From Brevibacterium daeguense (GTDB lineage: Bacteria; Actinomycetota; Actinomycetes; Actinomycetales; Brevibacteriaceae): 24,000 nt of DNA. The notes below the pieces were generated by a model. The model was not told the DNA's origin. It made no database searches and saw only the letters and a list, made by a program, of their open reading frames with translations. The translations under genes were made by a program, and so were the position numbers. The first letter of the stretch is position 1, and every line of letters starts with the position of its first letter. The stretch covers positions 195,537-219,536 of the forward strand of contig NZ_JAJTWW010000003.1 in assembly GCF_021729135.1 (NCBI RefSeq), written 5' to 3'. Positions 23,589 to 24,000 of the stretch are shown here, piece by piece.

Positions 23589-24000
23589 ATGCGCATCCTC
23601 CACACCTCGGACTGGCACCTTGGGCGGACCTTCTTCGGCGTCGATCAGCACGCGAATCAGTCGCGGTTCCTCGACTTCCTCGTCGACACCGCGACCGACC
23701 GACAGGTCGACGCCGTCCTGGTCTCCGGCGACGTCTACGACCGGGCGATCCCGAACCCGGAGGCCATGGAGCTGTTCGACGACGCGGTCGGGCGACTCCT
23801 GGCAGCCGGCGTCCGCCTCGTCGTCAGCAGCGGCAACCATGACTCGTTCGTGCGGCTGGGTGTCGGGCGCCGGCAATTCGATTCGGTCGGACTCCATATC
23901 CGCACCCGACTCTCCGACATCACCTGGCCCGTACCGCTGCCCTCCGCGGAGCTTCCGGAGATCGTCGTCTACGGAATCCCCTATCTGGAACCGGGGCTGG
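23589..24000 (+). CDS. sbcD: Exonuclease SbcCD, nuclease subunit D (N-terminal part; continues beyond the right edge)
   Basis: Absent from the track because no stop lies in the window. My translation from ATG 23589: MRILHTSDWHLGRTFFGVDQHANQSRFLDFLVDTATDRQVDAVLVSGDVYDRAIPNPEAMELFDDAVGRLLAAGVRLVVSSGNHDS. These are the Mre11/SbcD calcineurin-like phosphoesterase motifs (DWHLG, GDxxD, GNHD). Confidence 0.85.
   Translation, partial: MRILHTSDWHLGRTFFGVDQHANQSRFLDFLVDTATDRQVDAVLVSGDVYDRAIPNPEAMELFDDAVGRLLAAGVRLVVSSGNHDSFVRLGVGRRQFDSVGLHIRTRLSDITWPVPLPSAELPEIVVYGIPYLEPGL

Noticed and set aside
1-24000. Search for tRNA, rRNA, tmRNA or RNase P signatures, transposase or integrase genes, terminal inverted repeats, or a compositional island
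   Set aside because: I saw no T-loop GGTTCGAATCC-type strings, no rRNA-like conserved blocks and no mobile-element genes. Composition is uniformly GC-rich except for short intergenic spots, so I make no such call.

Overview
GC-rich actinobacterial chromosomal DNA with strong G/C bias at codon third positions. The gene content looks Micrococcales- or Corynebacteriales-like, and the window reads as ordinary core genome rather than an accessory island. I support 21 protein-coding genes. In order they are: secA2 (5' part, runs off the left edge), a 5'-3' exonuclease, a degenerate amidohydrolase-fold protein, ppm1 and rbpA (an actinobacterial neighbour pair), a glycerophosphodiesterase, a disordered hypothetical protein, ferritin, a UvrA paralogue lacking the UvrB-binding insert, an Rpf-LysM muralytic factor, a 46-aa membrane peptide absent from the ORF track, a DsbA/FrnE-like oxidoreductase, an orphan atypical Hsp70, an AEC transporter, an Hsp20 preceded by an HspR HAIR operator, an MDR oxidoreductase, a SAM methyltransferase, an AspT-type aminotransferase, 3-hydroxybutyryl-CoA dehydrogenase, peptide deformylase overlapping pyruvate carboxylase, and the start of sbcD (runs off the right edge). 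I found no rRNA, tRNA, CRISPR array, transposase, integrase or recognisable defence island. Most long ORFs on the opposite strands are GC-driven shadow ORFs. I cannot point to a convincing novel multi-gene system. The items worth a second look are small or non-coding: (1) the unlisted membrane-peptide gene plus about 250 bp of adjacent unexplained non-coding DNA containing the most AT-rich spot I noticed and a tandem 17-bp repeat; (2) the orphan Hsp70 with a non-canonical C-terminus; (3) a 14-bp x 4.5 tandem repeat filling the def-hbd spacer; (4) a roughly 300-nt internally repetitive leader upstream of rpf that may be a c-di-AMP (ydaO-class) riboswitch; (5) a 382-bp structured spacer upstream of ppm1 with an orphan minus-strand intrinsic terminator. 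All family calls rest on my own reading of motifs, since no database search was possible.
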